Shown here: positions 46,917-56,803 of the stretch, in pieces
How the letters are laid out: every line of letters begins with the position of its first letter
Position numbering within the stretch: the stretch's first letter is position 1
Source of the DNA: Bdellovibrionales bacterium
Lineage (GTDB): Bacteria > Bdellovibrionota > Bdellovibrionia > Bdellovibrionales > JAGQZY01
Direction: 5' to 3'
NCBI GenBank assembly: GCA_031426555.1
Contig: JANPLN010000054.1
Location: forward strand, 14,409 to 78,408
DNA: 64,000 nucleotides
Translations under genes and position numbers: made by a program
The notes under the pieces: generated by a model
Seen by the model: the letters and a program-made list of their open reading frames with translations, nothing else
Database searches by the model: none
Told to the model about the DNA's origin: nothing

Positions 46917-49178
46917 ATGAACTTTCACGTTTTATCCGTCAGCTGGCTGTTTTTTCTCTTCTTTCAGAGCCCACTGAGCCATGCCCAATTGATACAGTCC
47001 AAAGATAAAACAAAAGTCCTTCTCAACGCCCAATTCATCGAACGCGATAACGTAAAAGATATCACAATTTTGCGCGACAATGTGCAGGTGATCTTTGATC
47101 AAAATTTTATCAGTTGCAAAGAGGCCATCATCCTATGGAGTAAAAATGAGATCGTGGCTGTGGGCGACGTGTTACTCAAATCCGCGAAGTCCGATATCAA
47201 AGCCGACAAAATAATTTTTAACTTTAAAGAACAGACCGGAAAAATATTTAACGGTATTATTATTTCTGGGCAAGTTCTCATACAGAGCGATGTTATCGAC
47301 AAGACCGGGCCCGAAACCTACAACGCCAATAACGCCTACATCACCTCGTGCACCACCTGCCCTGCATCATGGAGTTTAACGGCCGATAACATCGATGCCA
47401 CCATCGAAGGTTATGCCTATCTTAAAAATCCCCTCCTCCACTTTGCCGAAGTTCCCTTTGTTTACATGCCCTACTTGGCTATTCCCCTAAAAAACGAACG
47501 CCAGACCGGCCTGCTGCCACCTTCCTTTGAAACCAGCACCTACTCCGGCGCTGGGATCGAAATCCCTTTCTTTTGGGCCATCAATCGCAGCCAAGATATG
47601 ACTGTGGCGGCTCGCTACTTAGAAAAAAGTGGTTTGCAAACATCGTTAAATTATCGCTACCGACTCTCCGAAAAATCCAGTGGCGAGTTCACAACTTTTT
47701 ATTTAAAGGACAAGGCCTACAGCCCCTCCTACGATGCGCGGTGGTTTACAACCTACGCCCATTATCTCGAGCTCCCAGGCGAGTACATCCAGCGCAGCAG
47801 CGTCCATATGGTATCAGACACCGATTACAGCACCGACTTTACGCAGTTTCCTTTCCGTGGAGAATCCGCCCTCGACAATCGCACGTCCATCACCAAAAAT
47901 TTTCCCGCCTATCACTTAAGTATCGACGCCAGTTTTTACACCAACATCATCCAAGAAAACATTGATGCCGGCAAAGAAACTTCGGTGCATCGAATTCCCG
48001 AAATTAGATTTTCGCTTGCGGATCAAAAGATTTCCGAATCAGCCAATGTATTTCTGCGGTTCGATGTAAATTACGCTAACTTCTCCCGCCAAAGCTTGGG
48101 TTACGATTCTCCCTACACCCTTGCTTCAGGTGCAACGGCTTACCGTCCGCAAACAAATTTAGGTTATTTTGATCCGGCAACGGACATTGTTCGAACGGGT
48201 CAACGGCTCGATCTTCAACCTACGCTTTACTCCCCTCACCGCTTACTGAATAAATCTTTGGATGTCACCCCATACCTCGGTTACCGACACACGCAATATG
48301 TCCTCGGCGCCGTCAATGAAACCGTCAATTACAATTTTTTTCCCCACCGAAATTACATCCTCGCAGGTGTAAACACGTCCACCGAGTTCAGTGCCATTTA
48401 TCGCTCAGCCGACACCCGATACCGACATTCCATAATTCCCAGTATTGATTTTCAAACCATACCCATGCTCAATCAACCCGATCATCCGTTTTTTGGAAGC
48501 CAAGACCAAATTCCTTATTTTTTACAAACTCAGCCTTTGCAAGACACTGATCTTTTGCCTGGAGGTCGCGGCTTGCAGTTTGATTACGAAGACCGAATCA
48601 TCGGCCGTCGACTTTTAAATCTAGGCATCACCAATCGCGTGATGAAAAAGAGCCACACCGGCCTTGGCCTACAGTACGATCAGCCGTTTTTATTTTCCAT
48701 TTATCAAGCCTACGATTTCATCGAAGCCAAAAAAGACGTGGGCCTCCCTTGGCAAGATATTCGTGCATTAATGAGGGTGCGCTGGGGAAATATCGATAGC
48801 TTGACCGAAGTTTTTAATTTTCCATATCACAAAGTCACCAACGTCAGCTCCCGCGTCCGTTTTAATTTAGCCGCCAATTACTTTGAATTTATTTATTCCA
48901 ACTACATCAACGTTCCGGCATTACCGAAAGACGTCAACCTCACCGCTCGCCAAGAAACTTTGTGGATTTCATCCGGCTTTAACGCTCGCTATCTGACCCT
49001 CTCAGGACAAGCCGAATTCTCCCTCATTGACGAAGACGAACCCTGGAAGCAGTGGCGCATTCAAACTGAAATCATCCCTCCAGGGAACTGTTGGACCATC
49101 AGCGCCAACCTCAGCAAAACCCTCGACACGAATAACTTTGCGTGGACTGCCATGGTCAACTTCCGCTTCGGTAAATAA
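46917..49178 (+). CDS. lptD: LPS-assembly protein LptD
   Basis: Signal; OstA-like N-domain; ITSCTTCPASW; RQTGLLPP; IPFFWAI..SQD.T; beta-barrel ending NCW…FRF. Confidence 0.92.
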   Translation: MNFHVLSVSWLFFLFFQSPLSHAQLIQSKDKTKVLLNAQFIERDNVKDITILRDNVQVIFDQNFISCKEAIILWSKNEIVAVGDVLLKSAKSDIKADKIIFNFKEQTGKIFNGIIISGQVLIQSDVIDKTGPETYNANNAYITSCTTCPASWSLTADNIDATIEGYAYLKNPLLHFAEVPFVYMPYLAIPLKNERQTGLLPPSFETSTYSGAGIEIPFFWAINRSQDMTVAARYLEKSGLQTSLNYRYRLSEKSSGEFTTFYLKDKAYSPSYDARWFTTYAHYLELPGEYIQRSSVHMVSDTDYSTDFTQFPFRGESALDNRTSITKNFPAYHLSIDASFYTNIIQENIDAGKETSVHRIPEIRFSLADQKISESANVFLRFDVNYANFSRQSLGYDSPYTLASGATAYRPQTNLGYFDPATDIVRTGQRLDLQPTLYSPHRLLNKSLDVTPYLGYRHTQYVLGAVNETVNYNFFPHRNYILAGVNTSTEFSAIYRSADTRYRHSIIPSIDFQTIPMLNQPDHPFFGSQDQIPYFLQTQPLQDTDLLPGGRGLQFDYEDRIIGRRLLNLGITNRVMKKSHTGLGLQYDQPFLFSIYQAYDFIEAKKDVGLPWQDIRALMRVRWGNIDSLTEVFNFPYHKVTNVSSRVRFNLAANYFEFIYSNYINVPALPKDVNLTARQETLWISSGFNARYLTLSGQAEFSLIDEDEPWKQWRIQTEIIPPGNCWTISANLSKTLDTNNFAWTAMVNFRFGK

Positions 49179-49295
49179 TTAAAGCCTCGAACAGTCCTCG
49201 CCCCTGCGGGTCTGCGGAACTCGTTATTAAGTAATATTTTATTTTGAAACCCAATTTTCCCGGCAATTCCAAAAGGCAGAATTATTTACCGAAGC
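49165..49295. repeat. Dispersed element copy 2 (49181-49224) enclosed by a 16-bp inverted copy of the lptD 3' end
   Basis: Reverse complement ACGAGTTCCGCAGACCCGCAGGGGCGAGGACTGTTCGAGGCTTT matches 15954-15997 with 4 substitutions; GCTTCGGTAAATAATT 49165-49180 inverted at 49280-49295. Confidence 0.88.
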
Positions 49296-49649
49296 CCGCG
49301 TGTAGGTCAGTAGCTGCCATAATTTTTTAATCGAGGATTTTGGGCTCAGTTCCAGGAGCTATTTGCAAGAACGTCGAGTGCATGAAGTCTGCGTAATTTA
49401 AAAAACAGGTTGAAAACTAAAGTAGTGAATTGTATCTACCTATAAAGATTATTCTACTCATCCTATTTGAAGTAAGAGTTCGCATAAGCCTTTATTAGCT
49501 TTGTATCGCCATTGCTATTAAACGCAATAAGAGCGTCAAGAGATTGATTGATACGATTATTTCTTTCTTTGATTCTATTAGCCGCTTCGATGGTAAACTG
49601 ATTCATAACTTCTAGCTGAGATTTAAAATCGCTAGAATCCATCGGTTGA

Positions 49650-49892
49650 GATGTACAGGCTACTGAGGCCGTGCAAACTGGCTATGAAAGACTCGTCTCG
49701 ATCATTTTAGTTGGCAAGAATTTAGGCTTTTTTAAAATCCAGTCCCACGAAACCGCTGCTCGAGCCATTCATATTTAGATGACTGGATTAATACTGTCCG
49801 AAAACACCGAATCCAACCCTTCTTCCCACCTGCAACGGGAGCTCATCTACAAAGAATGCCTAAAAATGCTTGGACTCGAGGTTGGTACTTAA
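49650..49892 (+). pseudogene. Remnant resembling the C-terminal half of a TetR-family regulator
   Basis: Frame reads QATEAVQTGYERLVSIILVGKNLGFFKIQSHETAARAIHI*MTGLILSE…KMLGLEVGT*, with in-frame TAG at 49776 and no HTH or start. Confidence 0.45.
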
Positions 49893-50254
49893 GAGCCTCG
49901 AGCTAACGATGGGGCTGTAAGAGTAATGATTTCGTCTTTGAAAACAAATACGAATAGGAGTTCCGTGAGAATATTGTAACGGCTTTCGCAAAGTGTGCGA
50001 CAGCGTTCCAGTCTTTTTTGCTGCGCAGGGCTCACTCGACCCACCAAGCTCCAGTCGTTGGCCATGGATTTGACTTCGACAAGAACTAGATTTTTTTCGG
50101 GGCTCATCAAAATGAGATCGATTTCTGTTTTAAAAATACTTTTTCGTGAATAGAGCAGCTGATAACCTTGCTGGATTAAAAACTGCAGGGCGCGGTACTC
50201 AGTTTGCCGCGACCACAGCAGGGAAGCGTTGGAGGTGTTCTTTAACTCCTGCAA
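49889..50254 (-). CDS. yraN: YraN (UPF0102) family putative endonuclease
   Basis: EIDLI…LVLVEVK PD-(D/E)xK motif, follows rnhB; start (TTG 50254) uncertain. Confidence 0.8.
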   Translation of the reverse strand: MQELKNTSNASLLWSRQTEYRALQFLIQQGYQLLYSRKSIFKTEIDLILMSPEKNLVLVEVKSMANDWSLVGRVSPAQQKRLERCRTLCESRYNILTELLFVFVFKDEIITLTAPSLARGS

Positions 50255-50879
50255 AACTTTGTCGGTGGTGCTGGGTGGGCCCAAATTTTTCAATAGCCGC
50301 GCGATGGATTTCGGTGGCGTAGCCTTTGTGTTGCAAAAATGCGTATTGAGGAAATTGTTCATGCATCTCATCCATTAAACGATCCCGCGAAACTTTGGCC
50401 ACAATCGACGCCGCTGCGATCGGTGATGCGCGCAGTTCGCCTTTGATCAAAGCCACTTGTGGTTGGACAACTCCGGGGATTTTAAATTTTCCATCCACAA
50501 GAACAATTCCTGGGGTCACCTTTCGTTCATCCATCAGTAAATTTTCGACCGCTCGCTTCATCGCAAGTAATGATGCCTTGAGAATATTGATTTTTTCTAT
50601 TTCCATGACTGATGCAAAACCAACACCCACGTAGGCGTGTTGATAAATAATATCAAAAAGTTCATCTCTTCGTTTGGCGGATAAAAGTTTCGAATCTGTG
50701 AACAAAGAAGGATCCGCTGAGTCTTTAAATACCACGGCGGCGGCACAAACCGGCCCCGCCAAGCAGCCCCGACCGGCCTCATCCACACCTACCACTGGTG
50801 GGGTTTGCAGTTGCCATTCGTAAATAGGAAATACGAAATTTTTTTTTGACGCCACTGTTGTGGTCATTGGTGCCCCCAA
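50199..50879 (-). CDS. rnhB: Ribonuclease HII
   Basis: GVDEAGRGCLAGPV, DSKLL, AAASIVAKVSRD, HKGY. Confidence 0.96.
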   Translation of the reverse strand: MGAPMTTTVASKKNFVFPIYEWQLQTPPVVGVDEAGRGCLAGPVCAAAVVFKDSADPSLFTDSKLLSAKRRDELFDIIYQHAYVGVGFASVMEIEKINILKASLLAMKRAVENLLMDERKVTPGIVLVDGKFKIPGVVQPQVALIKGELRASPIAAASIVAKVSRDRLMDEMHEQFPQYAFLQHKGYATEIHRAAIEKFGPTQHHRQSFAGVKEHLQRFPAVVAAN

Positions 50880-51038
50880 AGCTGAAAATCACAGAAGAAT
50901 TTTTATCAAACTGCAAAAGTGGCTCAGAATCAATGAATGACAGCCTTGCTTACTGATATTTTACGCCTAACTCAGTTCACCGAGTTTGCATAAAAAATCA
51001 AACAAAGCATGGAAGGGTTATTTCGAACTGCTGAGAAT

Positions 51039-51070
51039 AAAAAAAGGCGCTTCTTTTCGAGCGCCTTTTT
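51039..51070 (-). terminator. Rho-independent terminator after rplS
   Basis: AAAAAGGCGCT-loop-AGCGCCTTTTT with U-tract on minus. Confidence 0.8.
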
Positions 51071-51100
51071 AGAGTAATAATCTTTGGAGAATAATTATAA

Positions 51101-51562
51101 TTATTTTTTCGCTTTAGCAGCTTTTGCTGCTTTTTTTGCGTCTTTTTCAGCTTTTGTTGCTGCCACTTTTTCAGAGACGGCTGTTGGCTCGGAAGCCAGC
51201 TGTTGAGAGGCTGTTGCGAGTTCGGATTTAACTTTAGCGGCTTTGCCCTCTAAGCGGCGAAGATAATAAAGTTTTGAACGGCGAACTTGACCGTTTGCAA
51301 TCAACTCAACTTTGTCCACCGATGGACTTGCGAAGGGGAATGTTCGCTCAACGCCAATGCCGTCGGAGATTTTTCGAACCGTGAAGCTGCGAGCTACACC
51401 TTTACCTTGCAAACGAATCACGATGCCGCGGTAAAGCTGCACACGTTCTTTTTCGCCTTCTTTTACTTTTACATAAACCTCAACCGTATCGCCCGCACGA
51501 AAGTCAGGAAATAATCTTGTTGGATTGAAACTTTTAACTGCGCGCTGAATCAAATCTGTCAT
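51101..51562 (-). CDS. rplS: 50S ribosomal protein L19 with Ala/Lys C-terminal extension
   Basis: Start MTDLI at 51562 (AAGGAG SD); [32 protein letters not shown]. Confidence 0.97.
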   Translation of the reverse strand: MTDLIQRAVKSFNPTRLFPDFRAGDTVEVYVKVKEGEKERVQLYRGIVIRLQGKGVARSFTVRKISDGIGVERTFPFASPSVDKVELIANGQVRRSKLYYLRRLEGKAAKVKSELATASQQLASEPTAVSEKVAATKAEKDAKKAAKAAKAKK

Positions 51563-51599
51563 CCTAGGCTCCTTAAGTCGAGTCAACAAAGGGGGTTTT

Positions 51600-52175
51600 C
51601 TACCACTCTCCCCTGAGGCGGTCAAGACAGATACTTACTGCCGAACGAACTGATAAATGTCGATAATCTTCTGGTGGCGCGCCGCGTATGGGTTCTAATA
51701 AATGGGTGCACGATTCAAAGACCGATTCCGCCAGGCCAAATCCCGTTCCAAACACGAGAAAATGCGGCCTCTTAGGGAGTTCCTCACGCATTTGCCGAAA
51801 GGTGTACCCCTCGTACTTGTCCTTCTCACGGGCGTGTGTGGCCACCACAGCGGCATCTTTCCGACCCCACAAAGTGAGCGCTAGTTCGAGGGATTCGGCG
51901 GTTTTAACCGGTCCCAGGGCGGTTTTCCGTTTGGGATTCATGCGCGAACCGGGCCCTGTACGCCAGTGATCCAAAACCCGCGATACAAACATCAGCTGTT
52001 CTTGCCCTGGGTGAATAATAAAATAATCTTTCACGCCATACACTGTGCAGGCACGGGCAATGTCGTGTATGTCAAAATTGGTAACGTTCGTGGCCACGGT
52101 GGTTCCCGCCCGATCCATGATCGGATAGTGCACGAGTCCCACGGCTAAATCGATTCCGGACTCAGTTTTCTCCAA
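51600..52175 (-). CDS. SPOUT RNA methyltransferase (Methyltrn_RNA_4-type)
   Basis: [41 protein letters not shown]. Confidence 0.9.
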   Translation of the reverse strand: MEKTESGIDLAVGLVHYPIMDRAGTTVATNVTNFDIHDIARACTVYGVKDYFIIHPGQEQLMFVSRVLDHWRTGPGSRMNPKRKTALGPVKTAESLELALTLWGRKDAAVVATHAREKDKYEGYTFRQMREELPKRPHFLVFGTGFGLAESVFESCTHLLEPIRGAPPEDYRHLSVRSAVSICLDRLRGEW

Positions 52176-52956
52176 GGCCCACTCCCAGCTCTTTTAGCAA
52201 AAATTCTTTTTCAAAACCCAAAACTTTGAGTTCCTCTGGCGATATTCTCTTTAAGAAGGTGCGCAGTTTTAAAATATCGATAAAAGATCGTGTTTCGGGC
52301 CGAGCTTGCAGTGTGAGCCCCTGGCCCACAAAAAAACGAAACTCGTCGATTTTTTTATGATCTCCCGACAATAACACCGCAGGAACTTTACCCGCGCCGT
52401 TCTCGCTAGGGCGAGTGAACAGAGGCGCTTCGAAAAACGCGCCTTTGGCGAAGCTATCCTCCTGGGCCGAAGACTGATTGCCCAAAACCCCGGGAAGTTT
52501 TCGAACCACCGCATCCATTAACGTGAGGGCCGGCAGCTCTCCGCCGCTCACCACGTAGTCTCCCACGGATACGTTTTGAAATTCGTAGTCGTTCAGTAGT
52601 CTTTGATCCACACCGCCGTAACGGCCGCACAGTAAAGTTAAATGGGGAATTTCTGAAAGCGCACACACCATGGCCTCATCAAGTCTTTTGCCGGCCGGCG
52701 ATAAATAGATTTTGCGGGATGATGTAATTTGCGAATCGGATTCCAACGCCTTCTGCAAAGGCTCATACAACATCACCATTCCATCGCCACCGCCAAACGG
52801 TCGATCATCGATGGTTTTATGAACATCCACGGTAAAATCTCGGGGATTCAAGGTTTCGCAGGAAAATATTTTATTTTCACGGGCCCGCCCCACCACGCCC
52901 CATTGAAGAGCTTGCTCAATCATTTGGGGAAAAGCTGAAATCACTGTGAATTTCAC
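52162..52956 (-). CDS. trmD: tRNA (guanine-N1)-methyltransferase
   Basis: DDRPFGGGDGMV, LSPAG, CGRYGGVDQR, GDYVVSGGE, LLSGDH. Confidence 0.97.
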   Translation of the reverse strand: MKFTVISAFPQMIEQALQWGVVGRARENKIFSCETLNPRDFTVDVHKTIDDRPFGGGDGMVMLYEPLQKALESDSQITSSRKIYLSPAGKRLDEAMVCALSEIPHLTLLCGRYGGVDQRLLNDYEFQNVSVGDYVVSGGELPALTLMDAVVRKLPGVLGNQSSAQEDSFAKGAFFEAPLFTRPSENGAGKVPAVLLSGDHKKIDEFRFFVGQGLTLQARPETRSFIDILKLRTFLKRISPEELKVLGFEKEFLLKELGVGLGEN

Positions 52957-53495
52957 AACTCCTCCAAAAGACCCTGGGGGATATCCATATGGATTTTTTT
53001 AGCCTCATAGTCGATTTTTTCGATAAAAGGTTGAACCAAAGGCACGTCGTAAGTTCCCGAAGGTGTTTGAATCTGAATCAAATCCTGGGCGCCGTTCGAT
53101 GAAAACCCAACGATCGGGCCCACATCCCCGCGCTGTTTATCAACCACCAAAAAGTTTTCAATCTCGCGCAGAAAAATTTGCTCGCCTTTTTTTGATGTTA
53201 AAAAGCTTTCGGGAATCCAGACAAAATGTTTCTCCAATGCGTCGGAGGCATCTTTGTTGTCAATGCCTTTGAGTTTTAACACCCAACCGGTTTTACCCTG
53301 CTTGCTGTGCTCACGTTTTTGTACGATTTCGTACTCCTGAAGTCCCGCTTCGCTTTCGGTCACCGAGAGAGTCAGCTTTTTCCATTTTTTAATCCACGGA
53401 GGGTTTTCATCTCTTAATAAGACAAACAAATGCCCTTGCAAGCCTTGAGCAGAGTGGGTTTTTCCTATAATTCGCAGTGTTTTATCTTTTGTCAT
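52953..53495 (-). CDS. rimM: 16S rRNA processing protein RimM
   Basis: IGKTHSAQGLQG, NGAQDLI, VPLVQPFI; between khpA and trmD. Confidence 0.93.
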   Translation of the reverse strand: MTKDKTLRIIGKTHSAQGLQGHLFVLLRDENPPWIKKWKKLTLSVTESEAGLQEYEIVQKREHSKQGKTGWVLKLKGIDNKDASDALEKHFVWIPESFLTSKKGEQIFLREIENFLVVDKQRGDVGPIVGFSSNGAQDLIQIQTPSGTYDVPLVQPFIEKIDYEAKKIHMDIPQGLLEEL

Positions 53496-53540
53496 AATTG
53501 AATCGTTTTACAAATCATTACTTGGTTCGCCGTTTTAGAT

Positions 53541-53567
53541 AAAAAAAAAGGCGCCGTGAGCGCCTTT
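53541..53567 (-). terminator. Rho-independent terminator after khpA
   Basis: AAAGGCGC-CGTGA-GCGCCTTT, long U-tract on minus. Confidence 0.8.
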
Positions 53568-53591
53568 ATTTAAATAAAATTGAGTTCTTGT

Positions 53592-53843
53592 TTATTCCAT
53601 AATCTCAAGAACACTTCTTTTATGTAGCTTTGTGCTGGCTGCATTTAAGATGGTACGCATTGACTTCGCCGTACGCCCTTGTTTGCCAATCACTTTTCCG
53701 AGGTCTTCCTTAGCAACAGACAACTCCACTACAGTTGTTTGCTCCCCGGCGACTTCATTCACACTGACTTTATCAGGTTGATCAACGAGTGATCGCGCCA
53801 TGAAGTCCACTAAATCTTTTAAGCTTTGAGGATCGAATCCCAT
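53592..53843 (-). CDS. khpA: KH-domain RNA-binding protein
   Basis: [18 protein letters not shown]; after rpsP. Confidence 0.93.
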   Translation of the reverse strand: MGFDPQSLKDLVDFMARSLVDQPDKVSVNEVAGEQTTVVELSVAKEDLGKVIGKQGRTAKSMRTILNAASTKLHKRSVLEIME

Positions 53844-53882
53844 ACATACTCCCTATTATTTTATCGCCCACTAAAAAAACGC

Positions 53883-54134
53883 TTAACTCGCGCTTGTCTC
53901 AGCTAATTTAATAAGAGTTTGTACTCGATCAGAAGGTTGCGCGCCTTTTAAGACCCACTCTTTTGCTTTCTTCAAATCAAATACCAACTTCTTGTCTTGT
54001 CCTTGAGGGTTGGGATTATAATATCCAAGGTTTTCTATAAACTTCCCATTTCTCCAACGACGCGAATCCGCAACCATGATGCGATACTTAGGGACTTTTT
54101 TTGCACCATAGCGAGCTAACCTGATAACGACCAT
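53883..54134 (-). CDS. rpsP: 30S ribosomal protein S16
   Basis: MVVIRLARYGAKK.P.YRI.VADSR, GAQPSDRV. Confidence 0.97.
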   Translation of the reverse strand: MVVIRLARYGAKKVPKYRIMVADSRRWRNGKFIENLGYYNPNPQGQDKKLVFDLKKAKEWVLKGAQPSDRVQTLIKLAETSAS

Positions 54135-54235
54135 CAACACCTCAACTGTTGTTTATTAATATCAGCATTTACCTGGATTAAATATAATCAGCAAGAGGAA
54201 TTTTAAGTGGGGTAAAGATTTGTGGGGATTTTTCC

Positions 54236-54261
54236 AAAAAATGCCGTGTTCGACGGCATTT
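54236..54261 (-). terminator. Rho-independent terminator after ffh
   Basis: AAATGCCGT-CGAAC-ACGGCATTTTTT on minus. Confidence 0.7.
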
Positions 54262-54345
54262 AACCCGTCATGAAGTTATCTTAAAACGGTGACGAAGGGG
54301 TGGTGAAAAGACCCACACTTTGTAAACAGCTTCAGTTTATTAGTC

Positions 54346-55695
54346 CTAAAATGGAAGCTTTCCAAGGCCCGGAATCCCGCCTCCGCCTTTACCCATACCC
54401 ATTTTCATCATGGATGACATCATGGTTTTGGCCATCTCAAACTGCTTTAAAAACTTGTTTACGTCCTGCACTCGATTGCCGCTGCCCTTGGCAATGCGCA
54501 CCACCCTTGAACCATGAATGATGCGGTGGTCTCTGCGCTCGAGGGGGGTCATGGAGCAAATGATGGCTTCGATCTTTTTGAGTTCCTCGTCTGGAGGGGT
54601 CATGTTTTTCATTTGCTTCATCATTTGGCCCATGCCGGGCAACATCTTTAAAATACCTTCCATACTGCCCAGTTTTTTCATTTGCCGCATCTGCGCTAAA
54701 AAATCTTCCACGGTGAACTCATTGTTCATCATTTTACGCGCCGACTCTTTCGCTTCGTCCTCACTAATTACTTCTTGCGCTTTTTCAACGAGACTTAAAA
54801 CATCGCCCATATCTAAAATGCGCGAGGCTAAACGATCTGGATGGAAGATTTCTAAGGCGGCTTGCTTTTCGCCCATCCCTAAAAATTTAATGGGCACGCC
54901 GATGGACTCGCGGATGCTGAGAGCGGCACCGCCCCGAGCATCGCCATCGACTTTGGTTAAAATCAAGCCGCTCAAGCCCACCTGTTGATTGAAGCCTTCG
55001 GCCACGTTCACCGACTGCTGCCCGAGCATTGCGTCTGCCACAAGGATGACCTCTTGCGGATTAAAAATTGTTTTAAGATCGCGAAGTTCGTTCATCAATT
55101 CTTCGTCGATTTGCAAGCGCCCTGCGGTATCTAAAAGTAGGACCTCTAGCCCCTGCTCTTGCATCCAGGCTTTTACTTGGCTTGCGGTTTGCGAAACTTT
55201 TTGATTGGGATTGGTATCAAACACTGGCACATCGGCTTCGCGGCCCAGGGTTTTTAATTGTTCGATGGCGGCGGGGCGATAAATATCCACCGACGCCATA
55301 CCGATTTTTTTATTCAGCTTGGTTTTAATAAATCGCGCGAGTTTGCCAGCTGTAGTGGTTTTTCCCACCCCTTGGAGGCCCACCAAAAAAATCACGCTGG
55401 GCTGAGCCGTCAGTTGCAACTCTGTGGCCGTGCCACCGAGCAAGGTGATCAGCTCGTCGTGCACCACTTTGATAAATTGCTGGCCAGGATCCACACCTTT
55501 TAAAACCTCTTGGCCCACGGCTTTTTGCTTTACCCGATCGATAAAGGTTTTTACGACCTTAAAGTTAACGTCGGCCTCGAGAAGACTCATGCGAATCTCT
55601 TTGATCGTCGCCTCGATGTTTTCTTCGGTGATCTTTTTTTGACCTTTTAAAAGTTTTACGCTGCCTAGAAGTCTTTCCGATAAACGCTCAAACAC
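54346..55695 (-). CDS. ffh: Signal recognition particle protein
   Basis: GLQGVGKTT, DTAGR, TKVDGDARGG, Met-rich M domain. Confidence 0.98.
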   Translation of the reverse strand: MFERLSERLLGSVKLLKGQKKITEENIEATIKEIRMSLLEADVNFKVVKTFIDRVKQKAVGQEVLKGVDPGQQFIKVVHDELITLLGGTATELQLTAQPSVIFLVGLQGVGKTTTAGKLARFIKTKLNKKIGMASVDIYRPAAIEQLKTLGREADVPVFDTNPNQKVSQTASQVKAWMQEQGLEVLLLDTAGRLQIDEELMNELRDLKTIFNPQEVILVADAMLGQQSVNVAEGFNQQVGLSGLILTKVDGDARGGAALSIRESIGVPIKFLGMGEKQAALEIFHPDRLASRILDMGDVLSLVEKAQEVISEDEAKESARKMMNNEFTVEDFLAQMRQMKKLGSMEGILKMLPGMGQMMKQMKNMTPPDEELKKIEAIICSMTPLERRDHRIIHGSRVVRIAKGSGNRVQDVNKFLKQFEMAKTMMSSMMKMGMGKGGGGIPGLGKLPF

Positions 55696-55758
55696 TGATC
55701 ACCTCAACCTGATTAAATAATAGCTATCGATCGCAACCCGCAACATACAAAGCCCTGG

Positions 55759-55787
55759 TTGTTTTGTCTAGGCTTGGAGAGTATGCT
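55759..55787 (+). promoter_or_regulatory. Sigma70-type promoter, 7 nt before ATG 55795
   Basis: TTGTTT-N17-TATGCT-N7-ATG. Confidence 0.45.
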
Positions 55788-55794
55788 CTTGCCC

Positions 55795-56802
55795 ATGAAA
55801 TCCTATCAATGCCTTAAAGCCTCAAACATCTCAGGCCTTCCCGATGATTTTGCTTCGCTTTCGTGCGCATGGCTGCCGCAGAATCCTCCCGAACTTAAAA
55901 ATGACGATGTGCAAGTTGAGGTTCATTTTTCGAGCATTAATTTTAAAGACGCGCTAGCTGTGACCGGACGGGGAAAAATTCTACGTCAGCTTCCCTTGGT
56001 TCCGGGGATCGACGCTTCGGGTGTGGTGATTAAAAGTCGTTCCGAGAAATTTCGCGAAGGTGATGAGGTGCTTGTGACCGGTTGCGGACTTGGGGAGACC
56101 CAGGATGGGGGCCTTGGACAGGTTATTACTGTTCCCGCTGCGTGGGTGATTCGCAAACCGTCGTCGTTGACTCTCGAAACCGCGGCCATTTTGGGAACTG
56201 CGGGGTTCACTACGGCACTGGCCATTCATCAATTGGAAAAAAATGATCTTAAGCCCGACACGCTACCCGTGCTCGTCACCGGTGCCACAGGTGGTGTGGG
56301 AAGCTTGAGTCTGCTCATGCTAAAACAAAAGGGTTACACGATCACAGCCTGGTCGCGGAAAGACTCTGCGCGAGAGCAACTCAAAAAGTGGGGCGCGGAC
56401 GAAGTGCAAGCGCCACCAACCGTGCCTTCACGGCCTTTAGAATCTGCACGGTGGTCGGCCGCCATCGACAATGTGGGCGGAACTGTCCTTGCGCAGCTTC
56501 TTTCGCAAATCAAACCCCATGGCAGTGTGGCCTCCATTGGCCTTGCACAAAGTGCTCAGCTCGAGACGACAGTGTTTCCGTTTATTTTGAGAGGCGTCAA
56601 TATTCTCGGCACCAGTTCCGCCACCTGCCCTCGCCCTTTGCGGGAAAAGGTGTGGGACAACATCAACACGCTTGGTTGTGAGTGGCGGGCCGTAAAAACC
56701 GTGGATCTGGGGCGGTCGCAAGTGGTTGATCATTGTCAAAAGATGCTTCGCGGTGAAACTTTTGGGCGCAGTCTTGTTCATATGCAAAAAGAGGTGATGT
56801 AA
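55795..56802 (+). CDS. acuI: YhdH/AcuI family MDR oxidoreductase (acryloyl-CoA reductase-like)
   Basis: SSINFKDALA, PGIDASG, GTAGFT, TGATGGVGS, PFILRGV. Confidence 0.85.
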   Translation: MKSYQCLKASNISGLPDDFASLSCAWLPQNPPELKNDDVQVEVHFSSINFKDALAVTGRGKILRQLPLVPGIDASGVVIKSRSEKFREGDEVLVTGCGLGETQDGGLGQVITVPAAWVIRKPSSLTLETAAILGTAGFTTALAIHQLEKNDLKPDTLPVLVTGATGGVGSLSLLMLKQKGYTITAWSRKDSAREQLKKWGADEVQAPPTVPSRPLESARWSAAIDNVGGTVLAQLLSQIKPHGSVASIGLAQSAQLETTVFPFILRGVNILGTSSATCPRPLREKVWDNINTLGCEWRAVKTVDLGRSQVVDHCQKMLRGETFGRSLVHMQKEVM

Positions 56803-56803
56803 C

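Noticed and set aside
50255..50371. Long N-terminal extension of yraN overlapping rnhB (possible frameshift fusion)
   Set aside because: rnhB is complete in its own frame, no slippery site is evident, and a TTG at 50254 explains yraN.
54141..54345. Possible SRP RNA or leader RNA between ffh and rpsP
   Set aside because: No SRP domain IV motif found on either strand; only a terminator hairpin is supported.
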